A DNA stretch of 64,000 nt from Blastocladiella emersonii ATCC 22665 (GCA_025594325.1 JANHCV010000008.1:1488001-1552000); one strand, 5' to 3'; positions 10,912 through 23,910 are shown, numbered from the stretch's first letter. A program made the numbers and translations. The notes: generated from the sequence alone by a model not told the origin.

Positions 10912-12250
10912 TTACACGTCGAGCGCGTGCCCTTGCGATCGCGCCGGCTCGGGAATCCAATCGAGGTGTGATCTGCCAGCATTAAGGACATCTCGCTCCT
11001 CGCGGACAGGTGAGAGCACTTGGTTGGGCACCGCGTACGAGTCGGGCACGGCGGAAGCAGGATCAGCGTGCAACGCAAGCTTAATGAGCGGATGAGATGA
11101 TGCGGTGGTGTAAGCATGAACGGAGTCAGCCACACGAGACGCGACAACTGCAGTAACACTTGGGTTTTGGATGTCAGCGTTTGAAGAAGCCACGGAACCG
11201 GTCGATTCCTCGCCACCCTCGCCCTTGCGGTACCTGGCAAAGTCGTTGCCGGTGACTCCATCCAACCTTAGTGCGTGCAGCGTCAGCCGAGACATGGACG
11301 CCTCGCGGTGGTCGCAGAACGGGCACTTTTAAAACGCCGGCGCGTGAATTTTGAGATCGTGCATCGCGAGGTTCGACGCAGCCCCCCTGTTTTTGGACGC
11401 CACGGCATTGCAGCCAGGAATAAAGCACGCGAAGCCCATGAATGACGCGTCGTCGCTCAACTGCTTCGGGGTACGCTGGCGGTGCCCAAGCTCGGTCTGT
11501 TTGCGCTTGAGATGGTCAGCAAAGTGCTCGTACATGTCGCGCAACGCGGCCACCTCGGTGCACCCGGGGATCGTGCACTGCAGCATGCCAGGTGCGAAGC
11601 AGCCGGTTGATGCAGGCGGAGTGGAAGCAAGAAGCGCTGCCGTGGCAGACTCTGAGGTCGGACCGACTTGGACCGCGCGTCGGCGGGGCGGGTTGAGCTG
11701 GACCGTCGCCGTTTTCTGGAAGGGGTGCACCGCGAACGCGTGCAAGGCGATTCAGCCAGCATGCGGATGGCAAAACTCACAAAAGCGGCACTGGAACAGC
11801 GGCGGGCAGTGCTTGGTAACAAAGTTATGCGCGATCGATGTACACGGTTTGTGTTTCCGCATCCGGGCATGGCGCGGGTGAAGTCCCTCGTTTCGCTGTG
11901 TTTAGCGTGGTCAAGGAGCGATTTGAAGTGGATCATGAACTGCGTGTGCGGGAGGTCCCCGCGGTCGCAGCCCGGGAACGTGCATGCAATTGTGGCTCTC
12001 GCGCGCACGCACCAATCGTTCGGCGAGACAGGCCCAGCTGGGTCCGCTGGCGCAATTGAGAGTTCAAGTTCAGGCTCGGATACGGCTTCCGACTCGGATT
12101 CAGAGGTTGAGTCGTCCGAGACTTCGAAATGGCCAGGTAGGTCCGAATGGTTGAGATCTCGCGTGGCCGTAACACTCGGTGTATCAGATACAGGCGCGGC
12201 CAAAGTCGATACAAGCGTCGAGGAAGCATGTGCAGCAGGACGGGGGCGTG
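10912..12250 (-). pseudogene. Multi-C2H2 zinc-finger pseudogene (two modules of three fingers)
   Basis: Module 1: CTFPGC..H..H / PGCG..H...H / FQCRFC..LH...H. Module 2: CTIPGC..H...H / CFIPGC..H...H / KCPFC..LH. One frameshift near 11840, in-frame TGA near 11760 and TAA at 11329-11331. Confidence 0.7.
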
Positions 12251-12499
12251 AAATGGAAGCAGGTGGCCCACCGCTCAAGCACGGCAACGTCACCGCGGGT
12301 CAGGGCCTTGCGCCCGGGCGAGGCTTGGCGCAATGCGGAGGATCGCGCGCTCGTCGGCCGGGATGGCAACGCGGGGCGCGACACGCGCGTACTGGTAGAG
12401 ACCCGCAACATCGTCAGGGTCCGCGTGCAAGTAAATAGCGCGAACTAGAATATCCTCGATGACGACTTAAGGGAGTACAGGGCTGCCGCGGCGGCGCAT
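12250..12499 (-). pseudogene. 5' fragment of an LRR-family gene (N-terminal domain only)
   Basis: Minus strand gives LP*VVIEDILVRAIYLHADPDDVAGLYQYARV...RGDVAVLERW, matching the L1/L3 N-termini (AVYLHDDPNDVAGLLEYARV). This frame is not in the ORF track. Confidence 0.75.
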
Positions 12500-12747
12500 G
12501 GGCTCGCCGTTGCCAGGAGTCTTGCATTGCATGGTGGGTGTGATCATTGTCGGACGTCGGCAGCAAGGAGAGAGCGCGTGCTTGAAGACGACTGTGCGCA
12601 TGACAACGACCCGACCTGGCGACGCGTGTGAAGGGCGCGTCACGGGATAATTCGAGTGAGGTGATCTGGCCAGGCACGCGATTCCCACGGCCGAGGGACT
12701 TGAACGCGTCGCGTCCCGCTTCTTTTTAACTCCCCAACTCGCCACCC

Positions 12748-15123
12748 ATGAAGCACTCTGTCATGACACACTCCATGCATTGCGATCAGGGACCGCCTGC
12801 AACGCAGGCGCTGTCGTTCGCCGATCTCCCGACCGAGGTGGCCGCCGTCGTCTTGCAGCTCGCTAAGTCTGGCACCGACATCCCTGTGGCATCGCGAGAG
12901 CCTGTAGTTGTCTGCCGCGACTGGTCGGTCCTTTCGTTCTGGACTACGGGCAAGCTTGTCTATCTCAGCAATCTGAACAGGCGTCGAGCAGGAGTAAGAT
13001 ACGGGACGCGGCCGCCTGAGTTGATCTTTGTCAAAGCCGTTTCTCAATTGCAGTACCAAATGTACCAGACATGCGGCAATGATTCTGAATGCTGCGACGA
13101 CGAAGACTTCTGCGAGGAAATTGATGCCCTCTTGCGCGCCATCTTCTCTTGCGCTAGTGCAAGTTCCCGCGTCCACGCCCAACTCGATGGCCGGACCGCC
13201 GATCAGGTCGCCTCGTGCTTGGATGACGCTCTTGGACAACTCTCGGACTTGCCGCAGCGGGCCCTAATCTATCTGAAGCCACTGGTTACAATTCTTCGAA
13301 CTCTCTCGGCGGCAGTCGTGCTCAACAACCGGAGTTTTATCGCACACGCACTCGAGTCAATCGAGCTGCGGTGGCCTCAGCTGCTCGCTACTCGGCTTCC
13401 CTGGCACAAATGGGATGCCCTCGCTCTTTACCGTGCTTTTAGCCATGAAAACGAATTTGAATTTCCTGGAGCAAATATCGCATCATCGTGCGAGCCAACT
13501 CTCACCGACTTCCTTGCTTTTGCCGCAGCCGCATCTTGGAACTCGAGTCCGCTTGAGCTTCTTCTTTCTCCGCGGTTTGGTGCTACGGCGATCCAGGTCT
13601 TCAAGTTTCTCTCGCTTGAACCGGTACTCGAGCTCATGTGCGATACGGTCGCGCAAACTGATGATGAGATCTTTTTTGTGGTAGCGACCATCTTTTCGTG
13701 CGGCTGCACTGTTCCCAATTCGCTTGTCTTCAAGCTCGTGTGCAGCATTGCCGAGGACGACCCGAGGGATCTTGCGAAACTCATGCCGCAGTTTGCCGAC
13801 CAAATCCTTGCGTCGCTAACTCCCCGCCAGCTCCGCCTCGCCAGTCGTTCTATATCCGAGTGGTTCGAGCCCCCGGATTCTCAGGACCAGGATGGGAAGC
13901 GGAATTACGAGCTCGAGATTGAGGCGTGCAACGAGGTGATCCGGGACGCACTTTCGCCACTCATTGTTCACGGCTTATTGCAGTCACGCGACGTTGGTCG
14001 AATCATTTCCTACCTCGTGAGTGACCGGCACTTGCGGAAGGTAGCGGATGGACTTCGATCGATTGTGCCTTCGTCCATGTGGGACGATGCTCTCGTTGCG
14101 GGTACGCTTTGCGCCACTGTTTATTTCCATGAACGCGGTAAAAAGCTAACCCTTACTCATTGTTTTTGAATAGCTTTCAAGTACACGCATGGACCCAATC
14201 GCGACGGGAAGCATGGACTCATCGCTCGATTTGCACGCGAATCCAACAACTTCCATCTCCTCTCTCGACTCAAGCCGTTCTTCGATATTTCAGACGGCTT
14301 TCACGTCGAGGACTTCCTTCTCACCTTCTACAGCAAGTGCGACAACTCGGACGAGGAACTGCTCGAACTCCTTTCGATTGTCGTACCGCATCTGCCGAGG
14401 ATGCCGCCTCGTAAGTTTTCTTGGGATTTTGAGATGAGCACCTTGACTACGCGGCTCGCAGTGGCCGTGCTTTCTCGTCCGCTGCTTCGAGACCGCGCGC
14501 TTACGATTGTGCACGAAGCGGCCGCCGCTTGCCACCTGGTCATGGTCATGGTTTTCGTCCGTCTCAAGTATCCTGAGATTTTGCCGGAACAGCCTTCGTC
14601 ATTCCACGAAAGTCGTGCCTGCCTCACCTCCGCTTACGAGACGGCGTGGCGCGAGACATTCATGCTGCTTATTCCCGCTCCATCCACCATGGCGAACGAG
14701 ATCGGATTAGCGCAGCTACTCTCGAACGTTATGCGATCGTCCAGAGACATTAATCTCAGCAGAAGCTGGAAGCGATACGAATGCCTGAATTGCTGGTCGC
14801 GCGACCCAACCCGCGGGCTGACCGAGTTTGTGCTCACTGCGTTGCTGCAGCACGACGCGGCGGTGATCGTCGCCCTGTTCGAGTCGCTCAATCCTTTCTC
14901 CACCAAGTGCTCGAGCTTCTTGCCTGCCGGTTCGCTTGACGGCGCAATGACGGTAAAACTCATTCGAACCCTCGCTTCCACTCGAGCGGCCAAACCCAAT
15001 CACTTGGTCGAACTGCACCGCCTCGCTCCTAGCAAGTATGCGGAGGCGGGCTTGCTTGAGCCGTTGGATGAATGGAAACGCCATCAGCCGCAGTGGCAAG
15101 TCTATGTATACTGCAGCAATTAA
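12748..15123 (+). CDS. F-box-like family copy F2, join(12748..14101,14174..15123), ~767 aa, apparently intact
   Basis: ADLPTEVAAVVLQL F-box-like motif. A 72-nt intron (gtacgc...gctaac...tag) removes the apparent stop at 14169. C-terminus HRLAPS matches F1/F3. Confidence 0.8.
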
Positions 15124-15421
15124 TCGTAAGCAGGTTGGGTCAGGTCGCTGGTTCTGGCGCCGTTGGTCAAGCGGCTATGGTGTCGCTGGTAATCGTTCTG
15201 CGTGCTGTTTTTCCCATAAAATGATCTTGATGGCTCATTTCAAGGGATAAAACCCTTCTTTTGGGACGCGTCTCGGCGGGGGCAAGGCGATGAGCAAAGG
15301 TAAGCGAGGCTCATGTAACTCGCCTGAAAATGGACGACGGACGCGTCGTTCATGACCTCAATCTCACCAGAGGTGTTCTGATCTTATTATAGACCCCTGG
15401 GCGCAGCGGGGCCGTCGAGTC

Positions 15422-15465
15422 GACGCGTCGGGAAAACATGTGATATGCGGTGCGGATCATGTGAT
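15422..15465 (+). promoter_or_regulatory. Bipartite motif variant GACGCG-N7-AACATGTGAT plus a second ATCATGTGAT, upstream of DUF4470-like copy 1
   Basis: 15422-15444 and 15456-15465; ATG at 15537. Confidence 0.65.
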
Positions 15466-15536
15466 GTCAAGTTTGACTGAGATCAGCGCCGCGCTCGGTC
15501 CGCCGGCGCTTCCTCTCCACGCACATGCTACCAACC

Positions 15537-18500
15537 ATGAAGCAAAAGTAAAAGACTAACCGCAAAGGCGGTCCCAAGGGCCATGAAGCTGCCTCAGCCG
15601 TCTCGGGACCGCCGACCCCGTCGCTGACCTGTGCGCCTCTCCTTCCCAACGACGCCACGGACCCGTACTATCCCTACGGCCGCACTTACGCGTGCGACCT
15701 CTTCTTCCACCACAACCCGCGCGTCTTCAACCGTCTCGATGCGCTCGTCTTCCAGTGCGGCGATTTGCGCGACGTTGCTTACACGTTCTGGAGGCCAAGC
15801 GCAAGTGGGCTCGCGGCGCCGACTTTCTTTTTGTCCTTAGTGACACGCATCCCGAGGTGATTGCGCGTAACCTGCTCGTTCTCCAGGCCATCGCCATCCG
15901 CAATGCCACAACTTTGGTGAACGATCTCGTGCGCCACATCGTCCAGCTCACTTACTCGCTACTCCTCGAGCCCGACGCTCGTACCTTCTGGCTTGCACAG
16001 ATGCGGGCCTGCTTGAGCGCCAAGTGGGATCGTAAGGGCGCCTCGGTTTACGTGCTTGACGACGACACACTTCGTGCCGTGCGCCGGTGCTGGGAATCGT
16101 GGCTCGCGTGCGACTGGTCGGCTGAAAAGCTTGCGACGGAACGCGACGCCTACTTTGCCAGCATTCGCGTCGGCGACAAGGTTGGCCGCGACCACGCGCA
16201 GGTCGCCGCTGATCGGTTCATCGAGACCGTGCGCCATGGACACGGTAGCACTTGTCCCGATGATGCGACACTCAAACGTCTGTTTACCCCGCTCTTCGAG
16301 AGTGGCGCTTTTTTCCTGGATGACCCGGCTGCCGCATCGTCTGGTGCCCTGACCGCCAATCCGACCACGCTCCTCGTGTGCTAAGATCATTCGCTCAAAT
16401 TTTCTGCCCCCCTTTGGATTGTCGCCACTCGACGTTTTCACGATTTACCCTCACGACGTGGAAGGGACTCTGGATCACGGCTTGTACCAGTACGTCGAGG
16501 CGCTCCTCGAAGCCTTTGGTCCAGGAAGCGGCCCCCATCGCCGCCGCGCTCCCTTCATTAACATCAGCGATTGAAACGAGGAGTCGATGCTTGCTCCGCT
16601 CATGTGCAAGCTTGCATTTATTTCTGGACATCCGATCAAGGTCATGGAGAAGCTCGTATCCCACTCTCAAATCTGCCATCCACGACTTCCGAAACCGGAG
16701 CTCTTCCCTCAGCAGCGGCTTCAGGTCGAGCAGCAGTTGCTTCGCTTCAACATCATCGAGACGGGCAACCTGATGGACACGTGCGGCCTCCTTAGCTTGC
16801 TCGTATACGCGTCGCCCTTGCTCTCGACGCAATGGGTCCATGGTCGCAGGCTCATCCGCACGTGGACCGATCACGGCCACGTCTACTCGATCGCGCTCTC
16901 GCGGCTCGACTTCCTTCGCCGCGTTACCGGACTTTCAATCGAGGCTACTCCCACGCTGCTCGGCTTGAACCTCCTCGAACGGCCGGGCGAAGACACTTGG
17001 TTGTCGCACGTCACGCGCCTAGTGCGGAGCGCTGGCCAGGTAACGCGTCGCGCTGGCTGCTCACGTGAAGAGTTAGCTTTCTACAATCTTGCCGCTCCGA
17101 CTGTGCCCATCACTCTCCATGAATCGCCCTTCTTGCTCAACGCGCTCGTTCAGTGCATCGAGGAACTGTGCGGTCCCGACTCCGCGGATCTCGCTGGCAA
17201 GTCCGGTAGGTTCTCTTCGCTGAAACCACGAACCCGAAATGTTGACTCCGCTGCTCGCACGTGTAGCTCGCCCGCACGCGACTGGCGCGCTGCTCGCCAA
17301 GATGCTCTCGTTTGCGCTTGCCTCGGGCCGCTTGACTTGGACGGGCGGTGCGCAGCTTTCGTCATTTCCGTGGTCTGACAAGCGCGAGCTGTGGTTCTCA
17401 ATTCATGCCAGCCCGCACCTTGTTTCGTGTACGGTTGAGATTTTTGCCCAGGCGCAGCTCTACGGCTTCCCGATCAACGTCGATGAGATGCTCAATGACA
17501 AGCACCTGTTTCTTGTGGAAGGCACGCTTGTTCATGCATCCGTCACCTCGGCGAGCGCTCCGCTCCCGTTCTCCGACACGGCGCCCACCGGTTCCGCAGC
17601 TTGATGCTTGAACGCGTTGGGGAAACTGGTCAGCAACTTCGCGTCGCCACTTACGTTCCGCAGTTTGTCCTCGGTGGGTCCTCAAGCCCCAGCGACGTGA
17701 AGATTTGGTTTGGCTGCGGCCCGACTGATCCGGCCCGCGAGGCGGGTGACGCCCGCATGTCACTTTCCTCTGTTTCGACGACGCTGGTACCCTTTGGGTC
17801 GTTGACGACCGCATCGACGAGCATCGGATCGTTTGCTGCAGCGACGCGCTACCTCGACTTGAACAACAGGCGTACCGTTCCGCTGACCGCGCGCCCGCTT
17901 CTGCCGCCGATGCGGGCGGTTGAGACCGCGGACAAGGTCACTCTTTCGATCTCAATTCCCCGCCAGTCTTTGGGCGCCCACATCTTTGTCTCTCATGATT
18001 CGGGCAGTGACATGTGCTGCTTGCAGGTCTTTGTCGACAAAGCCGCGCTTGTGTATTGCCTGCCGTGTCCTGTCATGGCCGGCTCGACAGACCTCGACCT
18101 CACGCAGCGCGTCATGACGGTGACTCTCACCCGCGGTCTGGAACCATTCATGCTCTCGGTTAGCGTCGGATCGCTTGTTGCAAACGTCGGTGAGTACAGC
18201 GATTTGTACCAAGTCGGCGCCTCTGGGAGTGCCGAGCAGCTTGCGGCACTTGGAGCGCATGACTCTGCGGCGACCGCGGACGAAATCGCTCGCGTGCAGG
18301 TGATTATGGAATCGAGCCCGGCTGCCACTTTAGATGCCGAGTCGAACCTGTCAAGCGCGGACTCGGCGAGATTTCTCCGCGTTCTCTCGAAGCAGATTTT
18401 TGACGGTTACGGCCGCGGCGTGCGCGTCATTGAGCTCGTGACGGAGGGCCTTGCAACCGCGCTTGGGGACGGTAGCGATCACCTCGCCGTTCTCGTCCTG

Positions 18501-19026
18501 CATCGAATGATGGTGCTTTCTCCGCCGGACGCGTCGCGCGGACACACGCCCGTCCTTGACATGTGCTTTTTGCCGAACCCGTTTGCAAGCCCTTACGGGC
18601 TCCTCGAGCCAAAGCCGCGGCCCGATAACATATCTTTCCTCGCGCAGCTCGCCGACCAGTACCGTCCGTGCAAAATGCACCCTTCGGACGCACCCAAACT
18701 GCGCATCGAGATTCCGCACGAGTACGTGGCCAGCGTGACTGGGTGGCTCGAGGTCTCGCACCTCTCAGCTGCCAACAAGTATGGGCAACGAGGGGAACGT
18801 GTTTGACAAGCGCTTCTTCGCCAAGGTCCAGCCGCACCTGTACCGCTCTTCGCTCCTCCCGCTTTACCCTGCCCATGGAACTCAGTACCGTGTGCCGCTC
18901 CCGCCCCATCTTGCTTTGGCCGTAGGACCGAGTGAAGCGGCACGGGGGCTTGAAGCCGCGCGCGAGAATTTGCTTGGAAAGGGTAGCGAAGACGCGGACG
19001 ACGCCCGGATTGCTGAACTTGGATGA
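15537..19026 (+). pseudogene. DUF4470-like protein, copy 1
   Basis: CGDLRDV..T and SDTHPEVIARN motifs typical of DUF4470. TAA at codon 5 (15549), frameshifts near 15790, 16410 and 18780, stop at 16382. Colinear with copy 2, including intron positions. Confidence 0.7.
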
Positions 19027-19974
19027 ACCATGCTTTGTTTTGATTGACTCCAACCTGTTTACCGTGCTCATTTTGGAGCGGCGAGAGAAAGCGGGTTTGC
19101 TCGACTGCCAATGAGAAAACACGAGAGCACACACTTGGCACAGGTGAACCAGGTAGTGGTGCTCAGGACTTAGTCGAAGTCAACCGTTACCTTGTCGTGG
19201 CGTCTGATTTGAACGGGCAGAGATGCCCGCCCGCCATTTATGGCGCAGAGAGGCGACTTTTCCAGAGAGCGTGCGAAGGACACGATTTCACCAATACCCA
19301 AAAATGACGACTGGCAGCCGCTTTTTTTTGCCATCAGGACCAACACGGCCGGGCCTACGTTCAGCGCGACACGCGACGGCTCGAGCGGCGGGACGCTGGG
19401 AGGCGCGGCGTGAGACGCGACGATCAAACACGCCATGCCACGTGACCGAGTTCGCAAGCGAATGCGGTCGATCATCCGTGCGCCGAGTCGCACTCGCTGC
19501 TCTCTCCTAACCGCCTGCACTACCATGAAGCAAAAGAAAGGAAAGTCGTCCAAGACTAAGCGCAAAGCGGCCCGCAGTCCCTCTGTCGGCGCTGCCCGCG
19601 ACGACCCGTCGCCCCCGCCCGCTTCGGAGTCGCCGATGCCATCCGCTGCCGCCTCGGTTCCGCTCGCACCGCCGACGCAGACCAGCGCGACACTTGCACT
19701 CGACAACGAGACGGACCCGTACCTTCCCTACGGCAAGTCGTTCTCGCGCGACCTGTTCCTGTACCACAACCCGCGTGAGAGCAAACACCTCGGCGCGCTC
19801 GTCTTCCAGTGCGGCGACCTGCGCGACGTTGCGCACACGGTCGGCGAGGCCAGGCGCAAGTACGGCACTGCCAACCTCGATTTCGTGCTGAGCGACACCC
19901 ACTTTGAGGTGCTCGCGCGCAACCTGCTCGTCCTCCGTGCCGTGGCGCAGACCAAGATAACCGATCGTGCCGCC

Positions 19975-20862
19975 GTCTCGGCGCTTACTCGTCATGTCGG
20001 CCAGCTCACCTACTCGCTGTACCTCGACCCAACGACGCGCGCGTTCTGGGCCGAGCAGATGCGCGCGTGTCTCGCGGCCAACTGGACCACACCCGACGCC
20101 CAGGTCCGCGTCCTCGACGATGCGACGCGCCGCGGCGTGCGCGCGTGTTGGGAGTCGTGGCTCGCCGTTAGCTGGTCGCCCGCTAAGTTTGACCAGACCC
20201 GGACCGCGTTCTACAACACGGCGGTTCGCCCCACCGAGGTCCCGAGCCACATGTCGCACACCAAAGTCGCGGTCCACCGGACGATGCAGCGCCTGCGCTT
20301 CGAGAACATGACCAAGATGGAAAAGTTTGACGAGCCCGATAGCCTCGAGCGCGACGTGACCGCGCTCGCAACCACGGGTCACTTCTTCCTCGATTACGGC
20401 GGTATCGACAAACCCAAGGCGCCTTGTCTTGGCGCTCACTCGCCATGTCGGCCAGCTTTCCTACTCCAACTACCTCGGCCCGCTGACACGCGCTTTCTGG
20501 GCCGACCACATGCGCGCCTGCCTCGCGACCGACTGGCCCGCGCCTGACGCCCAGGTCTGCGTTCTCGACGACGCGGCGTACGCGCGTGCTGGGGGTCGTG
20601 GCTAGCCGTGAGCTGGTCGCCCGCCAAGTTTGACCAGGCCCGAACTGCTTTCTACGACACGGCGCGCTCCCGCAAAGTTGAGGATACCACGTCGCACACC
20701 GAGGTCGCAGCCCGCAACACGATGCAGCGCCTTCGCTCCGAGAACATGACCAAGCTGAAGAGGTTTGGTGCGCCCATTAACCTCGAGCTCGAACTGCGCT
20801 CAATCGCGACCGAGGGTAACTTCTTCCTCGATTGCAGCGGTGCCAGCAACCCTACTGCGCTC
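19975..20862 (+). repeat. Intragenic tandem duplication, period ~451 bp, roughly 80% identical by eye
   Basis: gtctcggcgcttactcgtcatgtcggccagc at 19975 versus gtcttggcgctcactcgccatgtcggccagc at 20426; colinear for about 430 bp. Confidence 0.9.
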
Positions 20863-23190
20863 GTTGTGAACCCAACTATGCTTGTCGCTGCTTACCGGTA
20901 CGCGGGCTGCGAGCCTGGCCTGGTCCGCTTCTCCGCCCGCTTCGGCTTGACACCGCTCGACGTGTTCCGCCTCGACCCATTCGAAGACCTTCACATGTGC
21001 ATGGAGCGCGAACTTGCTCAGTGGGTCAACACGCTTGTGGACGTGTTCGGGTTCGATGCCGCCGCCGTGCCGCTTACGGGATCATACCCGCCCGTTGCGA
21101 CTTGGTCGGAGCTCCCGCACCCGCCGCGCGCGCAGTTCCGGTGCTGCCTCGCTGTGGTCAGCGGGCACCCAACATCCGTCATGGAGCAGCTCGTGGCGAT
21201 GCAGACCGAGGGCCAGGACAGCTTCATGGAGATCGAGACGGACCGCGTGATTCCGCTTTGGTTCAACGTAGTGCAGACGGGCTCGATCATCGACACCTGC
21301 GGTCTGCTCAGTGTCCTCGTGCACGCGTCGCCACTGCTTGCCACCAACCGCGAACCCGACCGCTCGCTCATCTTCGCGGCCACCGAGAACTTGACGCTCG
21401 TCGCCAAGAACCGGCGCGAGTTCCTGCGCCGCACGACTGGTCTCCCGTTCCAGGCGCTGCCGACGCTGCTGGGCGTCAACTTGTACGACCGCCCGCACAT
21501 GGACAACTCGCTTACGCACACGACGTCCTTTTCGTGGAGCCGCATTCAGTGTTTCCTCAACTCGCAGGGCGAGGCTCTTTGGCCTCCAGGAGTTTACCTT
21601 TTACAAACTCTCCACGCCAACAGTTCCAATTTAGCTGCGCGAGTCGCCGTTCCTCGTCGCCTCGCTCGTTCGGTGCGCCGAGCCGCTTCTTGGCTCCGAT
21701 TCGGTTGCCTTGGCCGGTCATCGCGGTACGCCCCTTCGCCGTTGTGAAGCTCAGCATGAACGTAAGCTAACATGCGCTTTCGTGTAACTGGTCCGAACGC
21801 AACGGCGGCCCTGCTCATCAAGCTCATTGGCTTCGCCATCGCCGCCAGCCGGCTGACGTGGGCGGGCGGCGACGCGCTGCCGTTCGCGCCGTGGCCCGCG
21901 ATGCCCGAGCTGTGGGACGCGCTGCGCGAGAGCGGGGTCCTTGCCCCGCACCTCGCCGAGTTGCAGGCGCAGGCCGCGCTGTATGGCTTCCCGATCGACC
22001 TCGGCGGCCGCAAGCAGGGCGTCGAGACGGACGTGTACCGCGTCGAGGGCGTCTTCAACATGGCCGTGCTTGACGCAGTCCGTGCCGCGGCGCCTCTCTC
22101 GTTCCTCATACTCGAGATTGACCAGGGCGGCATCGCGCACCAGTTCCGCAGCTTCGCCACCAAGCCGGCCGACAACGGCAAGCAGCTCCGCGTCGCCACG
22201 TACGTTCCGCGCTACGTCGTCTCGGGCGCGGCGGGTGACGGCGGCGAGCTGCGCGCGCGCATCCGGTTCGTGTGCGGGCTGCAGCAGTCGCTTCCCGCGA
22301 CGGTCAAGTCGGTCCCGCTCACCGAAGTTGTCACGGACACGGTACCCGTCAACTCGCGCGCCGCCGTGTACGCAGGCATCGTTTACTTCCCCAACGTCAC
22401 GCGGTACCACTGGCCGCGCTCGAACGTGCCGTCGGTGCTCAGCCCAGTCCGCGACCTTACCGTCGTGCACGCGGCCGAGCACGCGGGTGAGATCCACCTG
22501 ACGCTGGCGCTTCCGCGCGCGTATCTCGACGGCTCGCTCAAGGGGTGCGACTTCGAGGAGCGGCGGCGCGGCCTGGGCGCCGTTATGATCGAGTACGGCC
22601 GCGGTAGCGGCAAGAAGATGCAGGCGATGCAGCTGCCGTGCGGGCCCGCGCACCTGAAGGTCATCAAGACCCTCACGGTGCACCCGCACAACCGCGTCAT
22701 GCTCGTCCTCCAGCGCTATCTCGCGCCCGTCTCGCCCGCGCTCGGCATCTACCCGCTCGCCCCCAGCCTGCCCGACCTGTACACGCCGGGCGTCTTTGGC
22801 GTCACGTCGGCGCAGTTCTCGGCCGTCGACACGCTGCAGCGCATCGGGTCGGTCGAAAACTCCCAGGAGATCATCGCGCTGTCCCGGCGGTCGCCGCCCA
22901 ACGTGCACGCGGCGCTGAAGATGTCGATCATCCAGATCTCCGTGTTTGGCGCGCTCGTTGAGCAGTTCTGGAAGGGTACGCGCGTGGTCGAGCTCATCAC
23001 CATGGAGACGGGCAAGCGCGCGGCCGTGTTCCTGCTGCACCAGCTGTCGGCGAACCCGCCCGCCAACCTGTTCCGCGGGTACACGCCCGTCCTCGACTGC
23101 AGCTACATCCTGCACCCGGACCACTGCGGCCCGTCCGCCAACCAGGCCGACGCGGCGCTGCTGCCGCAGATCGTCGCCAAGATGAGCCCC

Positions 23191-23292
23191 GGCCGCAAGG
23201 ACGCGTTCCAGATCCGCCAGCCCAGGACCTGCATGGTCGCCGGCCGCAAGGACGCGTTCCAGATCCGCCAGCCCAGGACCTGCATGGTCGCC
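23191..23292 (+). repeat. Perfect 51-bp in-frame tandem duplication (GRKDAFQIRQPRTCMVA x2)
   Basis: Identical units at 23191-23241 and 23242-23292. Confidence 0.95.
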
Positions 23293-23910
23293 ATCTTCGA
23301 GTACCTCGGCGTGGCCAAGAAGTCGGCGCCCGTCACGGACGTGCCCAACGACTGCGGCATCGACCCCGTCTTCTTCGCCCGCATCAAGCCCAAGCTGACG
23401 CGGTGCTCGATCCTCCAGCTGTACCCGACGCAGGACCGCGACCAGAGCTTGTACCCGGACCTCGACCTGCCCGAGGCGCTCCAGGCGCCCGCGACGGCGG
23501 GTTCTCGCGTCCAGCGCGCGGCCGCCAGCGCGCGCATGTCGGGTCGCGGTGGAAACGTGGACTCGCGGATCCAGGAGCTCAACTGAGGGCGTCGTAGAGT
23601 CGCTTTTGTTTGCAATTGATTCATTCTGCTTGTGTTCACATCCGTAGCCATTGTCGTTTCTCTCCCCGCTTCATCAGCTCGAATCAAACGGAGCGCGTTT
23701 CAATGAGCACGCCGGGTCGCGCCCAGCCGCGATGCTTGAGCTTGACCTGACGCGGCTCAAATTCGTGGATCTGACGACTCGCGACGCGCCGTGCGCGAAG
23801 CGTTCCTGGATTGTGACTTTTCGAATGGCGAACGAGCAATGGTACGCCCACGATACGCTTTGCACAAACTATGCTTGATATATTCCGCGTAAAACAAGGA
23901 TTAATAGACA

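Larger units (their letters stand above)
19525..23586 (+). pseudogene. DUF4470-like protein, copy 2 (probably disrupted)
   Basis: CGDLRDVAHT / SDTHFEVLARN motifs. Internal duplication with an in-frame TGA at 20545-20547; the intron acceptor homologous to copy 1's AG reads AA near 21789. Confidence 0.65.

Noticed and set aside
10011-12450. A minus-strand Helitron around the zinc-finger gene
   Set aside because: The CTAG sites near 10012, 10857 and 12445 lack the GTGTGC/GCACAC hairpin or any other; no helicase remnant.
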